From the NCBI GenBank assembly GCA_963771885.1, contig CAVYVF010000007.1, positions 32,001-96,000 on the forward strand: DNA of 64,000 nucleotides, given 5' to 3'. The position numbers and the translations under genes were made by a program. The DNA comes from Candidatus Bathyarchaeota archaeon. GTDB taxonomy: Archaea > Thermoproteota > Bathyarchaeia > TCS64. Under the pieces are notes generated by a model. It made no database searches and was not told where the DNA came from. It saw only the letters and a program-made list of their open reading frames with translations. Within the stretch, counting starts at the first letter, position 1. The number at the start of each line of letters is the position of its first letter. Below, in pieces: positions 42,512-52,458 of the stretch.

Positions 42512-43057
42512 TCAGACCTTCTCCGGAGGTAGCAGCCTCCAGAACGGCACCCAGCGCCCCGTCTTCAGGTTATAGAACCAGGACTCGTCGACTTTCTTCA
42601 GAAGCCGCTCCGTTATAGCAGCAATCAATGGGTAGTATGTATTCTCCACCTCGACGCTCGCCGAATCCACGGGGACCAGCCCAGCCCCGTATTCCTCGGC
42701 ACGGTCCTTCAACGCTGTGCAGGTCATATCGAAGGTCTTCACAACCCTCAGCCCCTGACTCATCACGGGGACGAATGGGTAGGACCTACAGATGGCGGGG
42801 CGGTAAGCGTGCATGAAGCAGCCGCCGAGCCCCCTATGCGGGCATGAGCTCCGACGCATCTGATATGCTATTACCTCGAAGCTAGGGTCCTTCGGGTTCC
42901 TGCCTACCCCGTAGGCGGGTCTCACGTCCCCTTTCCTGAACAACTCGACCTCGCCGGGGAGGAGTGGCAGCCCCTTACGGACACCTTGCCTGTCTATGAG
43001 GAGCCTGTTGCAGCAGACGCCGCAGTTGGCGCAGCGGTACACTATCGGCTTCAGCAA
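42512..43057 (-). CDS. YkgJ-family Zn/Fe-chelating (CxxCxxCC) protein
   Basis: CANCGVCC, CPH..C..H..RPAICRSYPF. Confidence 0.85.
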   Translation of the reverse strand: MLKPIVYRCANCGVCCNRLLIDRQGVRKGLPLLPGEVELFRKGDVRPAYGVGRNPKDPSFEVIAYQMRRSSCPHRGLGGCFMHAYRPAICRSYPFVPVMSQGLRVVKTFDMTCTALKDRAEEYGAGLVPVDSASVEVENTYYPLIAAITERLLKKVDESWFYNLKTGRWVPFWRLLPPEKV

Positions 43058-43061
43058 TCCG

Positions 43062-43358
43062 CTAGAGCCTCTCCAACTTGAAGACCACTGGGCGCATCCC
43101 GTCGCTGCAGCAGCTTATCATGACACCCTTCTCACGTACCCATGGGAAGTCGCCGCCGAGGGCTAGGTGGGTAACGTCCCTGTGTATGTCTGCCCAAGCC
43201 CTCCCACAGAAACCTGCGGGCATCTGCATGTCCTTCGACATATATACGCCATCCATCTTCACGCACTCCGGCGTCAAAGTCGCCGAGGCGTACCTGTCGA
43301 AGACCTCACCCATTCTCACCTTTTGCAGCACTGAAATTCTGACGTCCCTTCCGACCAT
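43062..43358 (-). CDS. TIGR04076-family protein
   Basis: PAGFCGRAW, CCSDGMRPVVFKLER. Confidence 0.8.
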   Translation of the reverse strand: MVGRDVRISVLQKVRMGEVFDRYASATLTPECVKMDGVYMSKDMQMPAGFCGRAWADIHRDVTHLALGGDFPWVREKGVMISCCSDGMRPVVFKLERL

Positions 43359-43427
43359 ACAGGGAACACCGTTTCAACGCGTATTTTATGCTACCTAAGA
43401 ATGAGGTAGGAATCTATCACTGTTTGT

Positions 43428-43504
43428 TGGTGCCGCTGGTGTGATTTGAACACACAACCCCTCGGTCTTCAGCCGAGCGCTCTCCCAGGCTGAGCTACAG
43501 CGGC
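43428..43504 (-). tRNA. tRNA-Phe (anticodon GAA), CCA encoded
   Basis: GCCGCTG/CAGCGGC acceptor stem, TAGCTCAG, CTCGG-CTGAAGA-CCGAG, TTCAAATC. Confidence 0.95.
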
Positions 43505-43590
43505 GCGACAAACCATAGGCTGGGGGATTTGATATAAAGATTTTCGTCAGGCTGGGCTGGCTGAGGGCTCCATGCAAAACAATAAAAGCC

Positions 43591-44112
43591 GTGGGGGGAA
43601 AGGGAGACAAATTGGAACCCCCTTCACCGGATGCTAATAGGCTGGTCGATGACATCTACCCCAGCTACGCGGGCTACACCCCCATACAGAGTGCCCTGAT
43701 ACCCATCCTCCAGGAGATACAGAAGAAGGCGGGGTACCTCCCCCCTGCTTCTCTGGCGCGCGTAGCGGAGCTGCTACACATCCCCCCGAGCCAGGTCTAC
43801 GGCGTCGCCACATTCTATCACCAGTTCCGCCTCCGCCCCAAGGGGGAGCACCTAATCACGGTCTGTAGAGGGACCGCCTGCCATGTCAAGGGGTCGCAGG
43901 ACACCATCAACTACATCAACCAGCAGCTCGGCATCAAGGCGCCTCAGGACACGTCGCCGGACGGCGCCTTCACCGTCCAGCAGGTCAGGTGCCTCGGTGC
44001 ATGCGGACTCGCCCCTGTGATAAAGGTCGATGAAACCGTCTACGGGAAGGTCGACCACGCGAAGATCAGGGGCATCCTGAAGGCGATCAGGAAGGGAGGT
44101 AAACCGGAGTGA
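43591..44112 (+). CDS. NuoE/HydC-like [2Fe-2S] subunit
   Basis: VATFY, CRGTAC, CLGAC..APV. Confidence 0.92.
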   Translation: MGGKGDKLEPPSPDANRLVDDIYPSYAGYTPIQSALIPILQEIQKKAGYLPPASLARVAELLHIPPSQVYGVATFYHQFRLRPKGEHLITVCRGTACHVKGSQDTINYINQQLGIKAPQDTSPDGAFTVQQVRCLGACGLAPVIKVDETVYGKVDHAKIRGILKAIRKGGKPE

Positions 44113-45959
44113 ACGGGCTGATGGACCGCTGCGACAAGGATGATACGCTATACGGGGCTGGAGGCATCAGGGTCACCGTCGGGATGAGCACGTGCGGGCT
44201 CGCCTCGGGCGCTCAGGCCGTTTACGACGCGCTCCACGGGGAGTTTGCCCGGAGAGGACTGCACGCGAAGCTTGTCCCCGTTGGGTGCATGGGCTCCTGC
44301 TACGCTGAGGTCATCGTCGAGGTGACCCGGAAGGGCTACCCCACAGCGATATACAGCGACGTGACGCCCACGAAAGTGCCGGATATCCTCGACTCCTATC
44401 TATCGGGGGACGTATCCGGCGCACTTGCACTCAGATCCAAGACCGGGAAGATGAGGGGCGAGGAGACGGTTCCGCTCATAGAAGAGCTGCCCTTCTTTAG
44501 GCACCAGACGAGGAGGGTGCTAAAGAACTGCGGGGTCATCGACCCCGAGTCAATCGACGAGTACATCATCGCAGGCGGCTACCGCGCCCTCTCAAGGGTC
44601 CTCAAGGAGATGACCCCGGAGCAGGTGATAGCAGAGGTCTCCGCCTCCGGGCTCAGGGGGCGCGGAGGGGCGGGCTTCCCCGCGGGGCTCAAATGGAAGT
44701 TCTGCAGGCAGGTCCCCGGCGAGACCAAATACATGATCTGCAACGCGGACGAGGGCGACCCCGGGGCATTCATGAACCGCCTTACGGTCGAGGGCGATCC
44801 CCACAAGGTGCTTGAGGGACTGATAATCGCGGGCTATGCCATCGGTGCACACGAGGGCTACATATTCGTACGCGCCGAGAAGCCTCTCATGGCTGAGCGC
44901 CTTGAGACCGCCATCGCGCAGGCGAGGAAGAACGATCTACTAGGGAACAACATCCTCGGCTCGGGCTTCGGCTTCGACGTTAAGATAATGCTGAGTGCGG
45001 GTGCCTTCGTATGCGGTGAGGAGACGGCGCTCATCGCGGCGATCGAGGGCAAGAGGGCGATGCCCCGGGCGCGCCCGCCGTTCCCCGCCACGCAGGGGCT
45101 GTGGGACAAGCCCACCACGATAAACAATGTCGAGACGCTCGCACACGTCCCTCTCATACTCGCCGAAGGCGCGAAGGAGTATGCTGGCGTCGGCTCTGAG
45201 AAGAGCAAGGGAACCAAGGTCTACTGCCTCGCCGGCGACGTGGAGCGCACCGGCGCCGCCGAGGTCCCTATAGGGACAACCATCAGGAGGCTCGTCTTCG
45301 ATATCGGAGGTGGCGTCCCATTCGGGAAGAAGTTCAAGGCGATACAGATCGGCGGACCCAGCGGCGGCTGCCTCCCCGAGAAGTTCCTCGACCTCCCCCT
45401 CGACTACGAGTCGCTGCAGTCGGCGGGCGCCATCATGGGCTCCGGCGGCATCGTCATAATCGACGAGGACACGTGCATCGTCGACCTCGCCAAGTACTTC
45501 CTCAACTTCACCACCGCCGAGTCCTGCGGGAAGTGCTCCCCGTGCAGGATAGGGCTGCAGAGGATGCTCGAAACCATCACCAGAATCACCGAAGGTAACG
45601 GTACTGATGCGGACCTCGCCGCGCTGCGCGACATATCCGTCGCCGTGGCAGACTCGAGCCTCTGCGCCTTAGGGCGCACGGCGCCTAATCCAGTACTCAG
45701 CACCATGAAGTACTTCCCCGAGGAGTACCAGGCACACGTCGAGGAGAAGCGCTGCCCCGCCCACGCCTGCGTAGCGATGAACAAGGGCTACGCGGTCGAT
45801 GAGGCGGAGTGCAAGGGCTGCGGGCTCTGCGCCAGTAAATGCCCGACGAACTCGATAAACGTCGAAGCCATGAAGGCGAGCATAGACGCCGCCAAGTGCA
45901 TCAGATGCGGGCAATGCGTAAACGAGTGTCCCTTCGGGGCGATTAAGGAGGTGTGGTGA
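44109..45959 (+). CDS. NuoF/HydB-like FMN/NAD(P)H-binding subunit with C-terminal 2x[4Fe-4S]
   Basis: GRGGAGF, NADEGDPGAFM, CGEETAL, GGPSG, CGKCSPC, H..C...C site, two CxxCxxCxxxCP. Confidence 0.92.
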   Translation: MNGLMDRCDKDDTLYGAGGIRVTVGMSTCGLASGAQAVYDALHGEFARRGLHAKLVPVGCMGSCYAEVIVEVTRKGYPTAIYSDVTPTKVPDILDSYLSGDVSGALALRSKTGKMRGEETVPLIEELPFFRHQTRRVLKNCGVIDPESIDEYIIAGGYRALSRVLKEMTPEQVIAEVSASGLRGRGGAGFPAGLKWKFCRQVPGETKYMICNADEGDPGAFMNRLTVEGDPHKVLEGLIIAGYAIGAHEGYIFVRAEKPLMAERLETAIAQARKNDLLGNNILGSGFGFDVKIMLSAGAFVCGEETALIAAIEGKRAMPRARPPFPATQGLWDKPTTINNVETLAHVPLILAEGAKEYAGVGSEKSKGTKVYCLAGDVERTGAAEVPIGTTIRRLVFDIGGGVPFGKKFKAIQIGGPSGGCLPEKFLDLPLDYESLQSAGAIMGSGGIVIIDEDTCIVDLAKYFLNFTTAESCGKCSPCRIGLQRMLETITRITEGNGTDADLAALRDISVAVADSSLCALGRTAPNPVLSTMKYFPEEYQAHVEEKRCPAHACVAMNKGYAVDEAECKGCGLCASKCPTNSINVEAMKASIDAAKCIRCGQCVNECPFGAIKEVW

Positions 45960-46790
45960 TTGAGCATCGAGATAACCATAGACGGGCGCAAGGTCAAGTG
46001 CGAGCCGAACCAGTCGATCCTCGACGTCGCTGAGGCGAATGGGATACACATCCCGACGCTCTGCCACCACCCTCACCTCAGAGCCACTGGCGCGTGCAGG
46101 ATGTGTGTCATCGATCTCGGGCGCCCCGACAGGCTCGAAGCAGCCTGCACGACCCCGGTCGCCCCTAACATGGTCGTCAACACAGCAAACGACAGGGTCA
46201 CGAGGGCGAGGAAGACGACCCTCGAACTCATCCTCTCCAACCTCGGCGTCGAACCAGAGGCGCTAAAAAAGAGCGACGGGAACAAGCTGCTGGAGCTAGC
46301 AAAGGAGCTTGGCGTCGACACGCAAGCCCTCAGGTTCAAGCCGCCGAAGGCGGAGCCGAGACAGGTCGACAGCCGTAACCCCGTCATCATCAGGGACAGG
46401 GACAGGTGTATACTCTGCGGGCGCTGCGTGAGTGCATGCAACGAGCTTCGCCACTACGGCGTCCTCAACTTCGAGGGGCGCGGGTACAACACGGACGTGG
46501 TCTCAGGCCTCGTCGAGCCGCTCCTAGAGTCTGGCTGCGCCTCGTGCGGCGAGTGCGTCGAGGTCTGCCCTACGGGTGCCTTCAAGACGCTGGCGAAGGA
46601 GCTAGTGCAAGGCGAGGTCGACACCCTCATCGAGACGGGTTTGGCCTTGCCCTCCTCGGCTGCGACGCAGTCGGCGAGGAGCAGGCTCGGGTTACCACCC
46701 ATCGATAACAGTGGCGCAGGTGACCTGCCCAAGATCGCGCGTAAAACTAGGCTTCAATGCAAGACCGTTAAGGAGGCTGAAACGCAGTGA
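45960..46790 (+). CDS. NuoG/HydA N-terminal-like ferredoxin subunit ([2Fe-2S]+2x[4Fe-4S]) with HdrC-like tail, no catalytic domain
   Basis: IPTLC..GACRMC..AC, CILCGRCVSAC, CASCGECVEVCP, tail ETGLALP..ARSRLGLPP. Confidence 0.85.
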   Translation: MSIEITIDGRKVKCEPNQSILDVAEANGIHIPTLCHHPHLRATGACRMCVIDLGRPDRLEAACTTPVAPNMVVNTANDRVTRARKTTLELILSNLGVEPEALKKSDGNKLLELAKELGVDTQALRFKPPKAEPRQVDSRNPVIIRDRDRCILCGRCVSACNELRHYGVLNFEGRGYNTDVVSGLVEPLLESGCASCGECVEVCPTGAFKTLAKELVQGEVDTLIETGLALPSSAATQSARSRLGLPPIDNSGAGDLPKIARKTRLQCKTVKEAETQ

Positions 46791-47674
46791 CACACAGCTA
46801 CGCCTTCTTCACAGGGTGCCAGATGCCCATCCGCCAGCCCCACATCGAGTACGTCACGAGGAAGATAATGCCAGAGCTCGGCGTCGAGCTGGTCGACGTC
46901 AAGGGCTTCACATGCTGCCCCGAGCCCGTCGCCGTGGGTCTCCAGGACAGATTCGCCTCGACCGCCATCGCGGCGCGGAACATCGCCGTCGCCGAGGAGC
47001 AGGGAGCAGACCTCATGACAGCCTGCAACGGCTGCTACTTCACGCTCAGGCACGCGGTCGAGGAGCTCCGTGACGCGGGGACGAGGGTTAAGGTGAACGA
47101 GGCACTCGCCGAGACCGGGCACACATACCGAGGAACCGCTTCCGTCAAGCACTTCGCACAGGTTCTCAGGGACGACGTGGGCATCGAGGCGATCAGGCGC
47201 GCGTCAAAGCACCAGCTAACCGGGCTGAACGTCGCTGCGCACACGGGGTGCCACTTCTCAAACCGCATGGGCGAGGACGCCAAGCTCCTCGACACGCTCA
47301 TAGAGGCGACGGGGGCAAAATCGATAGCTTACGAGGATAAGAACCTCTGCTGCGGCTGGACGCTCGGCACCTACGGGAAGCCCGAGGAGGGCTACGCGTG
47401 GCTCAAGAAGAGGCTCGACTCCATGAAGGCGGGAGGAGCAGAATGCATCGCCGTAATCTGTCCCCAGTGCCTGCAGCAGTTCGACATGGGGCAGCTCATA
47501 GCGTCGAGGAAGGTCCAGTTAGCATACAAGCTACCCGCCCTCTTCTACCTGCAACTACTCGGGGTCGCCATGGGGCACACGCCGGAGGAGATGCAACTCA
47601 GTGCTGACAGGGTCAAGGAACCCGCCCTCGACGAGAAACTGAGGAAACTGCGGCGCCTGAGTCCCCGCAAGTGA
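46787..47674 (+). CDS. hdrB: Heterodisulfide reductase subunit B-like (two CCG domains)
   Basis: FTGC, FTCCP, ACNGC, HTGCH, LCCG, ICPQC..QFD. Confidence 0.9.
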   Translation: MTHSYAFFTGCQMPIRQPHIEYVTRKIMPELGVELVDVKGFTCCPEPVAVGLQDRFASTAIAARNIAVAEEQGADLMTACNGCYFTLRHAVEELRDAGTRVKVNEALAETGHTYRGTASVKHFAQVLRDDVGIEAIRRASKHQLTGLNVAAHTGCHFSNRMGEDAKLLDTLIEATGAKSIAYEDKNLCCGWTLGTYGKPEEGYAWLKKRLDSMKAGGAECIAVICPQCLQQFDMGQLIASRKVQLAYKLPALFYLQLLGVAMGHTPEEMQLSADRVKEPALDEKLRKLRRLSPRK

Positions 47675-47702
47675 TTTCAGGGGTCACCGGCACCATTCTA
47701 CC

Positions 47703-49720
47703 ATGTTCAAGAGGGTCTACGAGGAGCTGAGCCGCGAGGTCTCTGGCGAGATAGCATTCAATCACGTCGCCGAGGTCTCGCGCCACCACAGGATTCAGGT
47801 CAGCCCCGGCATCAGGGCGGCGGTCAACTACGCGACGGAGACGCTGAAGGGCTACGGCCTCGGCGTCGAGATAAGGCGCTACAAGTCAGACGGTAAGGCT
47901 CTCGCTTGGAGCAGCCCCATGTTCAAGGAGTGGAGCTGCGACGGCGCGGAGCTGAAACTCATCGAGCCCGCGGGGGAGGCGCGGTTCCTCGCCCGCTTCA
48001 GCGAGAACAAGATGAGTATAATCCAGCGCAGCCTGCCGACTCCCAAGGGAGGCGTCGACGCTGAGGTCGTCATCCTCAGGAAGGGCGAGGAGGAGTCCGA
48101 CTACAAGGGGCTCGACCTCAAGGGGAAGGTCGTCCTCACGGACGGCGACGTGTCACGCGTCAGAGACCTCGCCGTCGGTCGCCACGGAGCCCTGGGCATC
48201 CTCTACGACGGTATGTGGCTCAGGGAGCCCAACCTCAGGGAAGGCGAGCTCGACGACGCGATGAAGTACACGAGCTTCTGGTGGTACGGCGACGAGGCGC
48301 CGTGCTGGGGCTTCGTCCTCACGCCCCGGACGGGGCGCTGGCTGCGTAGGCTCGTCGAGAAGAGCAAGACTCCAGTCAAGGTCCACGCGGAGGTCGACTC
48401 GAGGCTCTACCCCGGGGAGATGGAGAACTGCGTAGCGACCATCCCTGGCGAGTCGAAGGAGCTGGTCGTCGTCATCGCCCACATCTGCCACCCACAGCCG
48501 AGCGCGAACGATAACGCCTCGGGTACAGGCGCCGCGATGGAGGCGGCGAGGGCGCTGCAGAGGCTGGTCGCTTCGGGGAAGCTGGCGAAGCCCAGGAGGA
48601 GCATAGTGTTCACCCTCGTCCCCGAGATGTCAGGCACCTACCCGTACCTCGCAGAGAACGAGGCGCGGATATCCGACATGGTCGCGGCTCTCAACCTCGA
48701 TATGGTGGGTGAGAACCAGAACCTATGCGGAGGCCCCCTCATCGTGGAGAGGACGCCTGAGTCGTGCCCCAGCTACGTGAACAGCCTCATGGAGTCCATC
48801 TACGACTCGGTGAAGAATGAGGCGAAGAACCTCGGAGGCACAAGCAGCTACGCTCTATTCAAGCACGCGGTGACGCCCTTCAGCGGCGGGAGCGACCACT
48901 ACGTCTACAGCGACCCTACCGTCGGCGTCGCCTGCCCCATGATGATACAGTGGCCTGACAAGTTCTACCACACTAGCGCCGACACCATTGACAAGGTTGA
49001 CCCCGAGATGCTCAGGAAGGTGGCGTTGATGACGGCGACCTACGCATACTTCATCGCCGATGCAGGAGCGGAAGAGGCGCTCTGGCTAGCCTCGGAGACC
49101 GCGTCGCGTGAGAAGCGCGCCATCATGCAGAGGATACAAGACGCTGTGACGACCGCGTCAAACGGCGATGTGGAAGAGTGCGTCCGAGGAGCTTCTAAAA
49201 CTGAGGGACCGAGTTGACTACTGGACTGGGCGAGCCGCTGAGGCGGTGATGTCCACCAAGCGTCTCGCGCTAAAGGACAAACGCCTAGACTCAGTCATCA
49301 CAGAGCTGGTCGCTAACCTCGAATCATCAACCAAGGCTGAGAGGAGAAACGCCGAGGCGGCGATCAGGAGGCTCGCCGAGGCGAAGGGCTGGACGCTCAA
49401 GCCGAGGAGTAAGAGGCTAACCAAGCTAGAGAAGGAAGCCACAGACGATCATTCCCGTGAGAAAGTTCAAGGGCCCCGTGTCGACGCGCCAGTGGGTGCG
49501 CAAGCTCTCCCCCGAGGACCGCGAAGCCTTCTACAGGTTCGGGAAGCAGCACAAGGAGGCTTCGGGCATGGAGACCCTTGCCGTCTACTGGGCTGATGGG
49601 AAGAGAAGCCTACTTGAGATCGCGCGCCTTGTTGAGCTGGAGTCGGGGAGGAGCGATCTTCCTTACCTCGTCGGCTACTTCGGATTCATTGAGAAGATGG
49701 GGCTCGTCTCCCTCCGGTAA
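47703..49720 (+). CDS. M28-family aminopeptidase-like protein (DUF4910-like), two frameshifts in the C-terminal part
   Basis: AHICH, ANDNASG, VPE, NLDMVG, GSDH, YHTSAD; continues in ORFs 49168 and 49457. Confidence 0.85.
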
Positions 49721-49757
49721 CCTTTATACGATCCATCCGAGGTATGGATGCTTGGTC

Positions 49758-49833
49758 GGGCCGGTGGTCTAGTGGTTATGACATCGCCTTGACATGGCGG
49801 GGGTCGCAGGTCCGACTCCTGCCCGGCCCACCA
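49758..49833 (+). tRNA. tRNA-Val (anticodon GAC), CCA encoded
   Basis: GGGCCGG/CCGGCCC acceptor stem, TCGCC-TTGACAT-GGCGG arm; T-loop reads TCCGACT. Confidence 0.9.
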
Positions 49834-49910
49834 CCCATTTTTCTATTATCTCAGTGTTAGTATCTAGAAAATTTGGAATATTAAACCCCTCTAATCACAC
49901 ACGCGAACCG

Positions 49911-49944
49911 TAAATATATTATACGTCAACCCATATACGTTGAC
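49911..49944 (+). promoter_or_regulatory. TATA-like box followed by inverted repeat GTCAAC-N8-GTTGAC (putative operator)
   Basis: TAAATATATTATA at 49911-49923; perfect 6-bp inverted repeat 49925-49944, ending 2 nt before the ATG of an HTH gene. Confidence 0.55.
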
Positions 49945-49946
49945 AT

Positions 49947-50420
49947 ATGAGCTTCTCATCAGCCTACCTCACACCGCGTGAAACGGGCATATGGGACCTA
50001 AGACGGAGAAGCAATACCCAGTCCGAGATAGGGCGATTGCTCGGTATCAGCAGGCAGGCGGCTCATAAGTCGCTGCGGGAGATCGATGAGAAGGTTGAGA
50101 AGGCATTCAATGAGGCTGCAAAGACCAATAACCTCGAAGTTAGAAAAATCGACCTCATCCATGGACTGATGGAAGCATATAGTCCAACCCATAAGCTACC
50201 TGTCTTCGTGAGCTTATCGAAGGCCAATGGTCTGAGGGTCTGGTATATGCATGAGGGGAACTGCAGCTCATGTGGGTATGAACGGGACTGTAGGATGTTC
50301 CTGGAAAAGGAAGCTGATGAGCGAAGCGTGTCTCTAAACTCGGAAGAGCGAGCTATGCCACCTACTCTGCTGGCTCTCAGAGTCTTCCCAGTCAGCAAGG
50401 AGGAGACGAAGGTTGGCTAA
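49947..50420 (+). CDS. HTH DNA-binding protein with C-terminal CxxC..C
   Basis: LTPRE..TQSEIGRLLGISRQAAHKSL. Confidence 0.8.
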   Translation: MSFSSAYLTPRETGIWDLRRRSNTQSEIGRLLGISRQAAHKSLREIDEKVEKAFNEAAKTNNLEVRKIDLIHGLMEAYSPTHKLPVFVSLSKANGLRVWYMHEGNCSSCGYERDCRMFLEKEADERSVSLNSEERAMPPTLLALRVFPVSKEETKVG

Positions 50421-52123
50421 GAAGAGGCAGGCGAGACCAGATGACGCCTGCCCGTTCCCGCCTGGAGTGGACTTGCCTGGGAAACCCCGATCATCAATTA
50501 TCTCAGCTTCTATATTCGCTGATCCGAGGTTCGTCACATCAGCCCTAGTAGTGGCGGGAATAATCTTCATCCTCGGATTTACGCTGGTCCCGCCACCAGT
50601 CATCAAGCTACCTGGTGAACCAAGCATCTGGAGCTCCGCAACACCCGTCGGAGAGGGGACAGACTCTGCTGAGAGGCCAGAGCAGTGGATACCCAAGCAT
50701 CAGAACGTCACGACGATCAATGACGACATCATCCTTAGCGGCGAGGAGACATATACCATTGAAAACGGATCATACTATCTTCTCGGATCAATATTCGTTA
50801 AAGACAATGCGAAGCTGATCATCAGAAATGCCGACATCTCGATAAGATATAAAAGCGGATACTCGCAGGAAAACCCAATTCAAACAGCTTACAACGGGTT
50901 ACTTATCGGAAACGCGACGCTAGAAGTCCTCAACTCAACCATCTATTACCCTAAACCCGGTGAGGCAATAATTGGCCTCTACGAAAACAGCAGCTGCAAA
51001 ATCGTGGACTCTGACCTACCACTATTAAACATCAACCAGATGCGGAACTCAAACCTGGAGCTGGACGGATCAAGGGTTAGGTACATTGTCAGTGGGGAGA
51101 ACGCTAAGACTAGATTAAACTCAAGCGACGTGTATGCTATGTGGCCTGTTCAATTTGACTTTGGCGGAGTATACGATGACAGGGAGCCGAAGCTCGGGGA
51201 ATTAAAGCTCGATGCCCAGGACACGAGGATAATCTGGCTTACAACCTTCAACCGCAACTCGACAATTAACGTTAGTAAGTCCCTCAGCGGATATCGCGAT
51301 AGCTGGAGCAGCTGAGAAATTGCCTCCAGTGGGACTGGGCTCGACATCAATCTGACTCGGTGTAACGTTTCGCATTATCAGATCTGGGTAGAGAGGAGGC
51401 AACGTTACCGTCACTAACGTCGATGATCTGTACAGTGTTTTGGTGCGGTGGGGTAACCTCAAGATTTCCAATTGCTCGTTAGTACATTTATCAGCGGGTG
51501 GACAGGGAACCATCTATAACTGCCTAGTTCAGGTTTTGAACATGTTTCAGGGAGAATTTCAGGTATCAGACTGCAAGGTAAATGACCTCTACCTCAACTC
51601 CCTCCACGGAGTATTGACGCTTAACCGCGTCATGACCAACAAGCTAACTGGCCACGACTTCAACTGCACGATAACTGGAGGTTTTGTTATTGAGAATACG
51701 ACCAGTCCCTGGCTTCAAGGCCACTCGCAGGTGACGCGGAGCTACCCCATACAGGTGTTGAATGCTGAGAGGGCGGCCCCCAATGTGGAGCTTGAGATAT
51801 TCAATTCAACTGGGCAAACGCTCTGGAAGGGATCGACAGATAACCTCGGCTCCGCTACGGCGTCAATTACCTATTATCAAAATCTTCGGATCAACGACCT
51901 GCCTGAGAAGCCGGGCCTCAAGGATACGTTGAGGCTTGTAGTTAAGAATGGATTAGAGTCTAGGGAAACTGAGATTGGCCTGATGAGTGATACGCCTGTC
52001 GTTGTGACGTTCCCTGAGGCGGAGGCTCCGTTTTGGTCTCAGGGGTGGTTCATTCAAGGGCTTTCCATTATCTTGGCTGTATCAGTGGTCGCTCTTTTTT
52101 TGGTGAAGAGAAGGTTGAACTGA
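50413..52123 (+). CDS. Membrane-anchored extracellular protein (beta-helix-like), frameshifted near 51310-51400
   Basis: N-terminal TM, repetitive beta-strand pattern, C-terminal TM + KRR; split into two ORFs. Confidence 0.6.
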
Positions 52124-52131
52124 TGTGTGGT

Positions 52132-52375
52132 CTATCTGGAGGCTGGAGCCATTTTCTCCACCATCTCCAAGTAGATTTCAGTGGCGGTCTTGGCGCGTCT
52201 GAGAACAGCTTCATCAAACCGTCCGTCTGTCTCAATTAAGGTCTCAATATAATCATCGAAAACGCCCTTGTTACAGAGCATATCTATGATCTCATCCTCG
52301 TTGCGCGCACTAACTCTTCCTCTCCATGCTCTTTCACTACCCCGCGTTCGTGTAAGAGATAACCAACTGATTCAT
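52132..52375 (-). CDS. Small hypothetical protein (one frameshift)
   Basis: Manual join MNQLVISYTNAGSERAWRGRVSARNEDEIIDMLCNKGVFDDYIE... Confidence 0.4.
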
Positions 52376-52458
52376 TAGTTGCCGCAGTATAGAAGATGAG
52401 GCCACAGTTTCGCTTTATAAAGTACTAGGGAAACAATCCGACAAGAACGGGTGATGAC

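Noticed and set aside
46787..47674. HdrB as evidence of methanogenesis
   Set aside because: HdrB homologues are widespread in non-methanogens, and no mcr/mtr genes occur in this window.
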